DNA from: an uncultured Fibrobacterota bacterium
GTDB taxonomy: Bacteria; Fibrobacterota; Chitinivibrionia; Chitinivibrionales; WJKA01
Assembly (NCBI GenBank): GCA_964589825.1
Contig: CAZPUS010000011.1
Location: forward strand, 18,628 to 82,627
Length of the DNA stretch: 64,000 nt
Direction: 5' to 3'
Positions within the stretch are counted from its first letter, which is position 1. The number at the start of each line of letters is the position of its first letter. Positions 45,988-54,774 of this stretch are shown here, piece after piece. A program made the position numbers and the translations under genes. The notes below the pieces were generated by a model that saw only the letters and a program-made list of their open reading frames with translations, was not told the origin of the DNA and did no database searches.

Positions 45988-47108
45988 ACGTTGCATATCT
46001 CCCTGTAGTGAGCAAAAATCCGCCGAGCCGATTCCCGAAAAGACCAGTTGGCGCGGTAGGCGGTCATGGCACGTGCCAGACGTCGCTGCAGCCCGCGTGT
46101 CTCGATTATCCGCTGAATGTGCCGTCGCACCTCTTCCGGATCAAAGGAGGACAGCTCCATAACCGGCTCGCGAGAGCGGATCTCCCGAGTCAGGTCGATA
46201 TCGGTGGCGACGATATACCGTCGGGCACCAATAAGAGTGGCAAGACTGCTGGAGCAGGACCGGGACGAAAAGAGGGCCAGAGCGATATCCAGTGAAGTGA
46301 GAAGCGTGGTACGATGTGCATCGTCGACCCAGTGAGTGATGGTAAAGCGGTCACTCATACCATATCGCTCGAGTTGTTCACACAGACGGGAGTAAAGGCC
46401 GTGGTCACAGCCGCGGCGAATAGTGCCGATCCAGAAAAAATGCCAGGGAATTTCGAGCCGTGAAAGTGTTTCCAGAAGAAGTGTATAGTCGTACTGGGGA
46501 TTGATGAATCCGATCGTCCCGAGAAGAAGCGGAGATTGCTCGGTAAAGTTTTTGTGGCTGAGTCGCGGCGGCTGGGGTGCCGCAACATCGGGAACCGGCA
46601 TGGGAATGTGGTTTATTTTCGACGTATCGACGCCTTTATGGCCAAGCAAATCGATATGATATCGCGCATGCACAAAAAGCCTGTGTGCAAAAAAATCATG
46701 TTTCAGGTGACGGCGATACGCCGTTGCTGCAGGGTGACGTATATCGTAGACGGCTTTTTTGGCAATTCGAAGCGGTAGCGGCCCTTCGATTTGTTCGCGC
46801 GGAAAGACGCCCGGCAGTTGTTCATATACCTCGTGAAGCGTGACACATACCGGTACGGTAAGACGACGGCACAAAAAGCGGTACCGGTCTCCCCGGTGAG
46901 AGAGCCACTGTGACGTTTCGTACTGAATATGAACGCAGTCACACGCATTGATGCGTGCGGCACAGGCCCGCGGGGAGGTGCTGCACTGCCGGGGCGTGAA
47001 CCGTTCGATTCGGCACAGGGGATGTAACTGCTGCAGATATCTCTCCGAATAGATCGAGATTCCGCAGCGTGCGCTATCGGGTGCGATCCATGCGATTTTT
47101 GGCGTCAT
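45984..47108 (-). CDS. Glycosyltransferase-like protein (GT-B/GT4-like, divergent)
   Basis: 374-aa ORF in the glycosyltransferase run. The architecture resembles GT4, but the canonical E-x7-E is not obvious by eye. Confidence 0.55.
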   Translation of the reverse strand: MTPKIAWIAPDSARCGISIYSERYLQQLHPLCRIERFTPRQCSTSPRACAARINACDCVHIQYETSQWLSHRGDRYRFLCRRLTVPVCVTLHEVYEQLPGVFPREQIEGPLPLRIAKKAVYDIRHPAATAYRRHLKHDFFAHRLFVHARYHIDLLGHKGVDTSKINHIPMPVPDVAAPQPPRLSHKNFTEQSPLLLGTIGFINPQYDYTLLLETLSRLEIPWHFFWIGTIRRGCDHGLYSRLCEQLERYGMSDRFTITHWVDDAHRTTLLTSLDIALALFSSRSCSSSLATLIGARRYIVATDIDLTREIRSREPVMELSSFDPEEVRRHIQRIIETRGLQRRLARAMTAYRANWSFRESARRIFAHYREICNV

Positions 47109-47149
47109 AGCGCATAGGTTCCTGTTGGACTCACGGTACGTATTTGTAA

Positions 47150-47312
47150 CCTGAATAGAGCGATTGTGTGTGCGGGATGTGCTGCAATCCGCACTACTCT
47201 TATATTTTCAAAAATACTGAAGACAACCGACAGGGTTGCCCCATGGTTTTTGAGGACACAATAGCGGTACGCCTCACCGCAGCTTTCATCAAAACAACCG
47301 CTCAGTTCAATT
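47150..47312 (+). mobile_element. TIR element copy K (inside the polysaccharide gene array)
   Basis: CCTGAATAGAGCGATTGTGTGTGCGGGATGTGCTGCAATCCGCACTACTCTTATATTTT...CCTCACCGCAGCTTTCATCAAAACAACCGCTCAGTTCAATT. The flanking 4-mers are GTAA/GAAA (3 of 4 identical). Confidence 0.8.
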
Positions 47313-47406
47313 GAAAATCAGACATTGGTATATCCTGTAAGGGAACCGGAAACAGATTAACCGGAATCCTGCAGTAGCCAACCGCCAACACAGTACCGGC
47401 AGGTAT

Positions 47407-48279
47407 TTATGTATGAGCGGTTTCACGTGAACGAGGGCTGCGGCACTGGGCAAAGCAGGACCCGCCTCCCTGTATGCCGAAGTACAGTTCGATTCGGTTG
47501 GTACACACATTAACGATCCGAAGCAGCAATCCCGCTCCGGGGACTCGTTTGACAATGGCAAAGCAGCTGGTGAGTGCCGCCAACAATCCACATCCGGCCC
47601 TGGCAAAACAGATCGAATATTTTTCGGGATACCCCAGAAGCCATCCAACAATGCCTGCAGGGCTGAAAAAAGCGTCTACATGAAATCGACGTGCGAATTC
47701 GGTATACAATTCATGAGCGTTTTGTAGACACACGTGTCCGTCAAGCTGAGCGATGCAGTCATTGCCTGTTTTTTGTATAAGCATCCCGGAGGGCCACTGA
47801 TGCCGATAATCGCCACATTCACTATGAAAAAAAAGTGATGCACCGGGTATACAGGTGCGATTCAATTCGTCAAGGACTCTGCTGCGGGTGGAAATATGCC
47901 CAAGCGTGTCGACTGTATATTGCGCATCGAACACCCCTGCCTTAAATGGCAACGCACACGCATCGGCACATACGGGGTCAACTCCTTCCTGCGACTGTTG
48001 TATGGTGCGAAGCGCGGGAAAGGAAATGTCGAGGGTCACCAACCGCACCGGATAGCCGGTACGAACCCACTGTGCATATGCTCCGTTGCCGCATCCGCAA
48101 TCGAGTACAACGGCGCCCGGCGGAACCCGGTCCATCATACGGGCTATACCGTCGTGTTTAAACGAAAAAAAACGAATCGTTCTGCGTATCAGCGGATTGC
48201 GGGTACGCACACGGGTGGTATTCCATGCCCGGGAGGTGTGTTTGTTGTCGTTGAACGTGCTGTAATAGGTGTACGCCAT
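47407..48279 (-). CDS. Class I SAM-dependent methyltransferase
   Basis: 290-aa ORF with SAM-binding motif I (VVLDCGCGNGAYA) and a post-I acidic residue (LDIS). The C-terminal third is hydrophobic. Confidence 0.7.
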   Translation of the reverse strand: MAYTYYSTFNDNKHTSRAWNTTRVRTRNPLIRRTIRFFSFKHDGIARMMDRVPPGAVVLDCGCGNGAYAQWVRTGYPVRLVTLDISFPALRTIQQSQEGVDPVCADACALPFKAGVFDAQYTVDTLGHISTRSRVLDELNRTCIPGASLFFHSECGDYRHQWPSGMLIQKTGNDCIAQLDGHVCLQNAHELYTEFARRFHVDAFFSPAGIVGWLLGYPEKYSICFARAGCGLLAALTSCFAIVKRVPGAGLLLRIVNVCTNRIELYFGIQGGGSCFAQCRSPRSRETAHT

Positions 48280-48293
48280 GATGGTGCGGCAAT

Positions 48294-50480
48294 TCAGTCG
48301 GTTTTCGATTTATAGTAGTGGTAATAGTACTTGTAGTAGCCATATGACGAGTAGCGGTGCGAAAGGTCAATGTCGTTGAGTACTGCTCCGACAAGCCGGG
48401 CCCCCACATTGGTGAGATTTTTTATCGCATCGATGGCAGCTTCCCTGTTCGTGTGTCCCGATTTGAGTACGAGCAGAATGCCGTCGGTTCTTGTACTGAG
48501 CAGTGCCCCGTCGGTAATGGCCAGAAGCGGAGGAGAGTCAAATACTATCATATCGTACACTGTTTTCAATTGGTCTATAAGACGTACCATTTTCTGCGAT
48601 CCGATCAGTTCTGCCGGATTGGGGGTAAACCTTCCGGCCGTCATGATGAAAAGATTGCCACAGGGTGTTTCCCGGACCGAGTCCTCGATTGGTCTGGTAT
48701 CGCTGAACAATTCGGTGAATCCGGGCTCCCGCTTGCTTTTGAAAATGTGGTGAAGCACCGGACGACGAAGGTCGGTGTCGACAAGAAGTGTCTTCCTGCC
48801 CATGTCCGCATAGGAGACGGCGAGGTTTATAGCAGTGAGCGATTTTCCCGCCGATGCGCCGGCGGAGCTTATTACCAGAGTCTGCAAGGGGTTGTCGGGC
48901 GATACAAAGGAGAGGTTCGTACGCAGGGAACGATACGCCTCTCTTACAATCGAATCGTCGTCCGAAAATGAAAGCAGGTCGCCCGGATAACTCGTTACGG
49001 AAAGATTCCCCTTTCCCGACGCGGACTGGCGTTTGATTTCGATATTCTTTTTCTTGTTATATGTGACATGAGGAATAGTGCCCAGTACAGGTGTATTACA
49101 GTAGCGTTCCACGTCGGTATTCGATTTTATCGTTGTGTCGTTGAGCTCGATCACGAACGCGAGACCGGTCCCGAGTCCGAGTCCGAGTAGTATACTGAGT
49201 ATATAGTATTGTTTTTCATTTTTCGGGATGGGTCTGTTCGGCATGCGGGCAAGATCGACCACTTTTATGCCGGTCGATCCGGATGCGCTCATCAGTCGTG
49301 CTTCCTCCGCCTTGTTAATGAGGAAATTGTAGATGTTTTCGTAAATATTTTTTGTACGTTTGAGTTTTTGTAGCTTGAGGGTATTGTTAATTATGTCAGG
49401 ATTTCCCTTTTTGTATTCCTCTATGGCCTGCTTGTATGATTCGAGGCGCTGGCGAAAAAGCGAGAGTTCGTGTTTTTTGTTCAGTACCGATTCCCGAAGC
49501 TCCTGCCATCGTTTTACCAGTTTTGGATCGACCGGCTCCGTACGCTTTTCGCGCTGATAACGCAGCAGCTGATCCTCTATCTGTTCGATCTGTCGCGACA
49601 GAGTGGATATCCGCGACACTCTGATACCGAGCTCTTCCAGCCGCATTTTTTTCTGTTCCAGGCTTCGCAGCTTCGAGCGTAATTCGAGATAGTCTTCGGA
49701 CTGGACTTTCTTTTTCGGGATGAGCTGTTGCTCCAGTTTGGCAAGTTGCTGCTCTTCCGCGGAAAGCTCCGCCTCCTTGACACCTTTCTTTGCAAGCTCC
49801 TGTGCGTAAGTTTCCTTGAGTTTTTGCAGCTCGGGCGGCGTACCGGAGGAGATGTCGCCCCCGAGTTTCTCCTGAAACATGCGATATCGCTCTTCCGCAT
49901 CCTTGAGCTTTTCCCGGATAAGCTCGAGCTGTTTGTTAATTTCGACTATTTTTCTTCTGTTTTCTTCGGTAACTACCTCCCGGCATTGCGTGATAAACAT
50001 TTCGGTGCCGATACTTGCAATGTGGTACGCGAGTTTTTTCGATTTCGCCCGTACATTAAACCGGTAAAAGGAGTTGTAGGAAGTGTTTCGCAGTGATATG
50101 GCGTTGCGAATTATATCGATTGCCTGCTCATGCGTTGCATTGGGATGGGCCTTGCGTACCATATCCATACCGATACTGTCCAGTATCATCTCCGACACGG
50201 TGCGGCTGTTGAGTATCCCTTTGTAAAAACTCAGCGATCTGCCGCCGTAGTTCATTGCCTTGCTGATGAGCTGGTTTTTTTCTTCTATAACGATTCTGGC
50301 ATATGATTCGTATTCGTCTTCAAGCCGGGAGACGTAAAACACAGTAAAGCCGACGATCGAAAGCAGGGAAATAATGACAATCCATTTTCTCCGCATGAGT
50401 ATGGAATAATAATCTCTCAGCCGTGCGCCGGTGGTATGAAAGGAGCCGTATCCCCCAGATCCATGTGGTGTCGCATTCAT
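48294..50480 (-). CDS. wzc: Polysaccharide co-polymerase / tyrosine autokinase (Wzc/GumC-like)
   Basis: 728-aa ORF with an N-terminal TM segment, a long coiled-coil periplasmic region and a second TM segment. The cytoplasmic kinase has Walker A (SSAGASAGKS), Walker A' (LLVDTDLRRP), Walker B (MIVFDSPP) and a C-terminal Tyr cluster (YSSYGYYKYYYHYYK). Confidence 0.85.
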   Translation of the reverse strand: MNATPHGSGGYGSFHTTGARLRDYYSILMRRKWIVIISLLSIVGFTVFYVSRLEDEYESYARIVIEEKNQLISKAMNYGGRSLSFYKGILNSRTVSEMILDSIGMDMVRKAHPNATHEQAIDIIRNAISLRNTSYNSFYRFNVRAKSKKLAYHIASIGTEMFITQCREVVTEENRRKIVEINKQLELIREKLKDAEERYRMFQEKLGGDISSGTPPELQKLKETYAQELAKKGVKEAELSAEEQQLAKLEQQLIPKKKVQSEDYLELRSKLRSLEQKKMRLEELGIRVSRISTLSRQIEQIEDQLLRYQREKRTEPVDPKLVKRWQELRESVLNKKHELSLFRQRLESYKQAIEEYKKGNPDIINNTLKLQKLKRTKNIYENIYNFLINKAEEARLMSASGSTGIKVVDLARMPNRPIPKNEKQYYILSILLGLGLGTGLAFVIELNDTTIKSNTDVERYCNTPVLGTIPHVTYNKKKNIEIKRQSASGKGNLSVTSYPGDLLSFSDDDSIVREAYRSLRTNLSFVSPDNPLQTLVISSAGASAGKSLTAINLAVSYADMGRKTLLVDTDLRRPVLHHIFKSKREPGFTELFSDTRPIEDSVRETPCGNLFIMTAGRFTPNPAELIGSQKMVRLIDQLKTVYDMIVFDSPPLLAITDGALLSTRTDGILLVLKSGHTNREAAIDAIKNLTNVGARLVGAVLNDIDLSHRYSSYGYYKYYYHYYKSKTD

Positions 50481-51373
50481 CAGTTAAACACTCCGCTGAG
50501 GTTCTGTACCGTTACTATAAAAAGAAGAGCATTGTTCATTATGGAGAGCAGGGTTTTCCAGTCGAACCATTTTGAGTAGATGATAATGACGTCACCACGG
50601 CTGACATGGGGCATTTCATCCATATTACCCTGGTCTATATATTTGCGCACGTTTATTATCTCTTCGCTGGTACGGTCGTTTTGTTGGGAAAGCCGCCGTA
50701 CACGTGAAAGATCGGCTTTCTGGGACGGGCCGCCCGCCATGTATATTACTTCAAATATATTGAGTGAATCCTCGAGTTCGAAGAAACCCGGTTTGGCTAC
50801 CGCACCTATTACCTTTACCTTTGCCGCGCGTCCCTTGGAAAGCAGCAGCACTTTATCCCTGTCACGAAGCAACGGCATTTCGTTAATATCGCCTTTGTGG
50901 AGGAAATTACGCATATTGAAAAAGACGGTCTGCAGGGTGCTGTCACCGCGAATCACTTTAATGCGTGTGTAATCCGCCTGTTGCGTGCCACCGCCGGCAG
51001 CGGCGATCGCTTCCTGCACCGTGACGCCCTTGTAGGTCTGCAGTGGACCGGGTTGTGCTATTTGACCCAGCATAGTAACGGTGATCTGCGGGTTTTCCTC
51101 GATCGCGACAGATACCAGCGGGTTTGGAAGATGCTTTGCGAGTTGGAAGGTGATCTCTCTTCGCAATTCCGCGGTCGTGATATCGACTACGTATTCGCCG
51201 GCAAGCAGGGGATAATTGATGGTTCCGTCATCCGAGACAGTGTAGGTCCCCGAGTATTCGGGATGTGAGGCAACTTCTATGGAGATGACATCGCCGCTTG
51301 ATATTATCGCGGCATCGAGTCCGGTGACTGCAGCACAGAACAGAATGAGTATAGAGATAGAGAACATGCGCAT
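50480..51373 (-). CDS. wza: Polysaccharide export protein (Wza-like, Poly_export plus SLBB domains)
   Basis: 297-aa ORF with a signal peptide, PES-like and SLBB-type beta-grasp repeats (GDVISIEV...; VTMLGQIAQPGPLQ; VKVIGAVAKPGFFEL). It overlaps wzc by 1 nt. Confidence 0.75.
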   Translation of the reverse strand: MRMFSISILILFCAAVTGLDAAIISSGDVISIEVASHPEYSGTYTVSDDGTINYPLLAGEYVVDITTAELRREITFQLAKHLPNPLVSVAIEENPQITVTMLGQIAQPGPLQTYKGVTVQEAIAAAGGGTQQADYTRIKVIRGDSTLQTVFFNMRNFLHKGDINEMPLLRDRDKVLLLSKGRAAKVKVIGAVAKPGFFELEDSLNIFEVIYMAGGPSQKADLSRVRRLSQQNDRTSEEIINVRKYIDQGNMDEMPHVSRGDVIIIYSKWFDWKTLLSIMNNALLFIVTVQNLSGVFN

Positions 51374-51384
51374 ATGTATAACCT

Positions 51385-52413
51385 TTACTGGGGTTTGAAT
51401 ACAAACGGATAGGTAACCGTTGTTTCGCCTTGTTCAACGGAATCGAATCGCCACATTTTAATTTTTCGCACTATTTCGCGTACCAGTGCTTCATTACCGG
51501 TGGTGTTTTCGAGTACCTGTACCTCAGTGACCGTGCCCGATGCCGCGATAATGAAACGTACCGTTATTTTACCCGAAAGGTCGGGGACACGTTTCAGATA
51601 TTTTTCGTAACTCATCTGAAGGCTGAGCTTGTGTTTTTCCACCAGCTTGTTTATCGCCCGGATACTGCGGTTGGCACTCGTTTTTCCCGCGCCTTCTATA
51701 CTTTTGGGCCTGCTGAATTCAACGCCTCCTTTTTTCCCCAGGGCCGCGGTCTTGGTGGGTCCGATATCCGCCACGAGATCATCGATGCTCTCACGGTGGT
51801 CGATATCGATATCCTTACTTTTTACCAGTTTCGACTGCATGATATCTTCTTTTCTGGTTTGTTTAAGGCCGGTTACGTTATTAAGCGCCCGGTCAAGATC
51901 CTGTGAGGCGTCTTCCTCCTCACCGAGTATGTTGGCCACGGAGGGTCCTTTTGCGGTTTTTCCCGATGCGGTGAGCATTCCCAGCACTCCGACCGTACGT
52001 ACTTTCTTTTCCACCTGCCGGGTACGCTGCTGCACCCTTGTTTCCGCCTCCTTTGTAGAAATTTGTTTTTTGGGCTCCTGACTCTTTTCTGGTTCACTTT
52101 TTTCCTGCGGTTTCGATTCGGCAGTGGATGTTTTTTTCTCCGCAGGCGTTTTATCCTTGGGGATGGGTTTGTCAACAATAAGCTTTGCCATACGATTGGG
52201 AATCTCTTCAAGCCGTTTTACTTCATTCTGTTTTTTAACGTCTTGTTTAGCGAGCCAGTATGCACCTGCACCATGGAGTATGAGGGAAAAAACCACGATA
52301 CATACAATCCGTAACTCGGTGATGCGTAACGGACTCCCCTTTAGTTTCTTTAACTCCTGCGGCGTGATACGGCTCGAGGAGGCAAATACAACTGTGTTAC
52401 CAGATCGCTGCAC
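51385..52413 (-). CDS. TonB C-terminal-domain protein (AgmX/TonB-like energy transducer)
   Basis: It has a single TM helix (IVCIVVFSLILHGAGAYWL), a Lys/Glu/Pro-rich linker, a VGVLGML motif and a C-terminal TonB_C-like fold (GKITVRFIIAASGTVTEVQVLENTTGNEALVREIVRKIKMWRF). I prefer the GTG at 52413, which is preceded by AAGGAAA 8 nt upstream. The tracked ORF extends to 52494. Confidence 0.7.
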   Translation of the reverse strand: MQRSGNTVVFASSSRITPQELKKLKGSPLRITELRIVCIVVFSLILHGAGAYWLAKQDVKKQNEVKRLEEIPNRMAKLIVDKPIPKDKTPAEKKTSTAESKPQEKSEPEKSQEPKKQISTKEAETRVQQRTRQVEKKVRTVGVLGMLTASGKTAKGPSVANILGEEEDASQDLDRALNNVTGLKQTRKEDIMQSKLVKSKDIDIDHRESIDDLVADIGPTKTAALGKKGGVEFSRPKSIEGAGKTSANRSIRAINKLVEKHKLSLQMSYEKYLKRVPDLSGKITVRFIIAASGTVTEVQVLENTTGNEALVREIVRKIKMWRFDSVEQGETTVTYPFVFKPQ

Positions 52414-52620
52414 ACCCGGTTTCCTTATTCTGTAAAGTAGTATAACGGTAGATTGTAACGATTTTGAAGCCAAAAGACGGAGGTGTATGCACACATGCTT
52501 CTCTGCCGCCGGTTCGGCTCAATTGTATCGTAGGATATGACGAGTAGAGTGTCACGGTTATCATTCGTCGGGTACGGCAGCGCATGTCTGCGGGTACTGC
52601 ATTGTCGTTCATGGCAGAGG

Positions 52621-53136
52621 CTACTGTTCTTTCAATACGGCGAGTGAAAAGTTACTGTATCCCTGCTTTCCACAGGTATACATGATTTTTTTCAACAGGC
52701 GAAAACGAATGCGTTTATCTCCCTGGATAACGACGTCTCCGGTGAATTTCGTGTCCGAGGAGTACTCGGCGATTCTTTCGGTGCGAGTTCTGCGTTGACG
52801 GAGTTTTTCATTGAGCCCGGGGATAATAAGTTTTTTGGAAGCGAGTACGTTATCGACATGGGCCACGACATCGTCCTCTACCATAATAAGCGTATTGTTG
52901 ACCTTCACCTGCAGATGTGTTTGCGGTTTCTCTTTGGCCGAAGATTCGGGCAGTGTCAGGTTGTCAGAGACAGTAATAATCTGCCCTTCTGCAGAGAAAC
53001 TCTTGAGAAGATAGACCAGCAGGATGGTCATTACGTCGATAAGCGAGGTGATTTGAGGGCGTATCGCCCGGTTTTTGTTATGGGCACGTACTTTTCGTAG
53101 TTGCTGCATGTTTTTTTTCGATGCGGGAAAGCTCAT
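52621..53136 (-). CDS. exbD: Biopolymer transport protein ExbD/TolR
   Basis: It has an ExbD architecture: a basic N-terminus, one TM helix (ITSLIDVMTILLVYLL) and a periplasmic domain. The start at 53136 makes an ATGA overlap with the upstream exbD. The tracked start is 53184. Confidence 0.8.
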   Translation of the reverse strand: MSFPASKKNMQQLRKVRAHNKNRAIRPQITSLIDVMTILLVYLLKSFSAEGQIITVSDNLTLPESSAKEKPQTHLQVKVNNTLIMVEDDVVAHVDNVLASKKLIIPGLNEKLRQRRTRTERIAEYSSDTKFTGDVVIQGDKRIRFRLLKKIMYTCGKQGYSNFSLAVLKEQ

Positions 53137-53642
53137 CCTATCCCTCCTGAAAGACCGATGTCGGGCAGCTGGGATTCCCGGCACACATCCATAAACTTGA
53201 CGATATCGTTATAGAGGATGTTCGATTCGATAACCAGTACCACGCTTTTTTGGGACGGGTACTGGAATTTTACCGCTTTGAGCAGGGTACGTAGTCTGGT
53301 ATAATTATAGGAGCCCTGCGTTTTGGGCACCATATCGAGTTTCTTTCCGGTTCCGGCGATTCTGAACCCTTTGTCGGTAATTACAATAGAGATGTCGATC
53401 TGTTTTTCTTCTTTGGGTGCTGACGCTTCCGCCTGCGACGCCTCGGAAGCGGGCGGCAGATTGATGTTAATCACCGCGATATGCGTAAACACCGCCATGG
53501 TGACAAGGAACGGAATAAGTACCATAAAGAGGTTCATGATCGGGGTAAGATCAAGCTCGACCCCTTCGAGATTGCGGGATACGCTCTTTTGGGCGCGACG
53601 GGTTGCGGGGAAAGTTCGCTGTGTTTTTTTATCCTGTGTCAT
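53133..53642 (-). CDS. exbD: Biopolymer transport protein ExbD/TolR
   Basis: 169-aa ORF with the DLTPIMNLFMVLIPFLV TM segment and an ExbD periplasmic domain (VVLVIESNILYNDIVKFMDVCRE). Confidence 0.8.
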   Translation of the reverse strand: MTQDKKTQRTFPATRRAQKSVSRNLEGVELDLTPIMNLFMVLIPFLVTMAVFTHIAVININLPPASEASQAEASAPKEEKQIDISIVITDKGFRIAGTGKKLDMVPKTQGSYNYTRLRTLLKAVKFQYPSQKSVVLVIESNILYNDIVKFMDVCRESQLPDIGLSGGIG

Positions 53643-53657
53643 GATTGGTGATAAACG

Positions 53658-54293
53658 TCAGGATTCTCTTTTGTGCGAAAAAAGGAAGTTTAGTATACGT
53701 ACCGAACTTTCATCTATCTCTTCGATAATCGTATTCGATTTGGCGCCGAGTACCGAGTACATGATCATACAGGGGACTGCAACGATAAGTCCGGTCGCGG
53801 TCGTGTTCATGGCCATGGATATACCGCGTGCCAGTACAACCGCTTTCTGGGAGGGGTCAGCGGCAGAAAGCGCGCTGAAGGCTTCCCGCAGACCGAAAAT
53901 GGTACCCAACAGTCCGAGCAGCGTAGATATGTTGGCAAACAGGGAGAGGTAGTGGGTGCGACGCTGTATCTTTGGCAATTCGCGCAGTGCAAGCTCGTCA
54001 ACCGCATTCTGTATCTCCTGTTCCGATTCATTCTGTGCATAGTGCCACAGTGCGGCTTCGATAATTACCGAAAGGGGATCTTTCATTTTTGCGCACAGGC
54101 GTCGGGCTTTCTCCACCTCCCCGTGATTCACCATCTTGGTCACCTGGGTCAGCAGCGCCTTGGCATTCACACGGCAGTGAATATAATAATAGATAAGCCG
54201 TTCGATGATGATACCCAGCGCAAAGGCGGATATGGCGGTCAAAACATACATCCATACACCGCCTTCCTGATAGAACTTCGCGATTTCCCCCAT
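53658..54293 (-). CDS. exbB: MotA/TolQ/ExbB proton-channel protein
   Basis: 211-aa ORF with three TM helices and the conserved C-terminal channel region (LSLFANISTLLGLLGTIFGL...GISMAMNTTATGLIVAVP). Confidence 0.85.
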   Translation of the reverse strand: MGEIAKFYQEGGVWMYVLTAISAFALGIIIERLIYYYIHCRVNAKALLTQVTKMVNHGEVEKARRLCAKMKDPLSVIIEAALWHYAQNESEQEIQNAVDELALRELPKIQRRTHYLSLFANISTLLGLLGTIFGLREAFSALSAADPSQKAVVLARGISMAMNTTATGLIVAVPCMIMYSVLGAKSNTIIEEIDESSVRILNFLFSHKRES

Positions 54294-54426
54294 TGTGATT
54301 CCTCCTTTATATGGTGAAGTACGTATGATAATTCATATGATGATGCGTGTACATGTGTATTATTATATCGTTATGGCGTCACGATGTCAAAACAATCGTG
54401 CAGTTTAAGTCCGTGGAAATGCCGAA

Positions 54427-54774
54427 TCAGGGATCATCGATACCGTGAAAAGGGAGAGGTTTTCGTATTTCGTGATCATAGGAGTGTGAAAATTCGATTT
54501 CTTTGTAAAAGCTCTTTTCTTTGGGCAGAAAGATCATGACCTGGGGTTTTTCTATCTTACCCTTTATTTCCAGTCCCCGGGAAAAGGTGATTGCGCCGGA
54601 GGTGTCCATGCTGAACTCGTTTCCCTGCCGGGGTGGATTGTGCGCCGAAGCGGTGTCTTGCTCTGGGGCAAGTGAATCAGGCTGTGACCTCTGAATGGTC
54701 GATTGTGCAACTGTTATGGTTGTGCATACCAGTATGCACAATCCCGTGAACAGACGGGTGTGGTTTCTATTCAT
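54427..54774 (-). CDS. Small secreted protein, unknown function
   Basis: 115-aa ORF with a signal peptide (LFTGLCILVCTTITVAQS). It overlaps the stop of the upstream TPR gene by 4 nt, which suggests translational coupling. Confidence 0.5.
   Translation of the reverse strand: MNRNHTRLFTGLCILVCTTITVAQSTIQRSQPDSLAPEQDTASAHNPPRQGNEFSMDTSGAITFSRGLEIKGKIEKPQVMIFLPKEKSFYKEIEFSHSYDHEIRKPLPFHGIDDP

Noticed and set aside
13354-47312. Could the recurring ~163-bp sequence be a CRISPR array or a tandem repeat?
   Set aside because: The copies are dispersed over 34 kb and separated by genes. They occur in both orientations, are far longer than CRISPR repeats, have no regular spacing and no cas genes are present.
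52505-52535. A solo TIR-like sequence (GGTTCGGCTCAATTGTATCGTAGG) in the spacer upstream of the TonB-like gene.
   Set aside because: It shows a 9-of-10 match to the CCGCTCAATT part of the TIR only. The terminal CAGG and all interior blocks are absent, so it could be chance.
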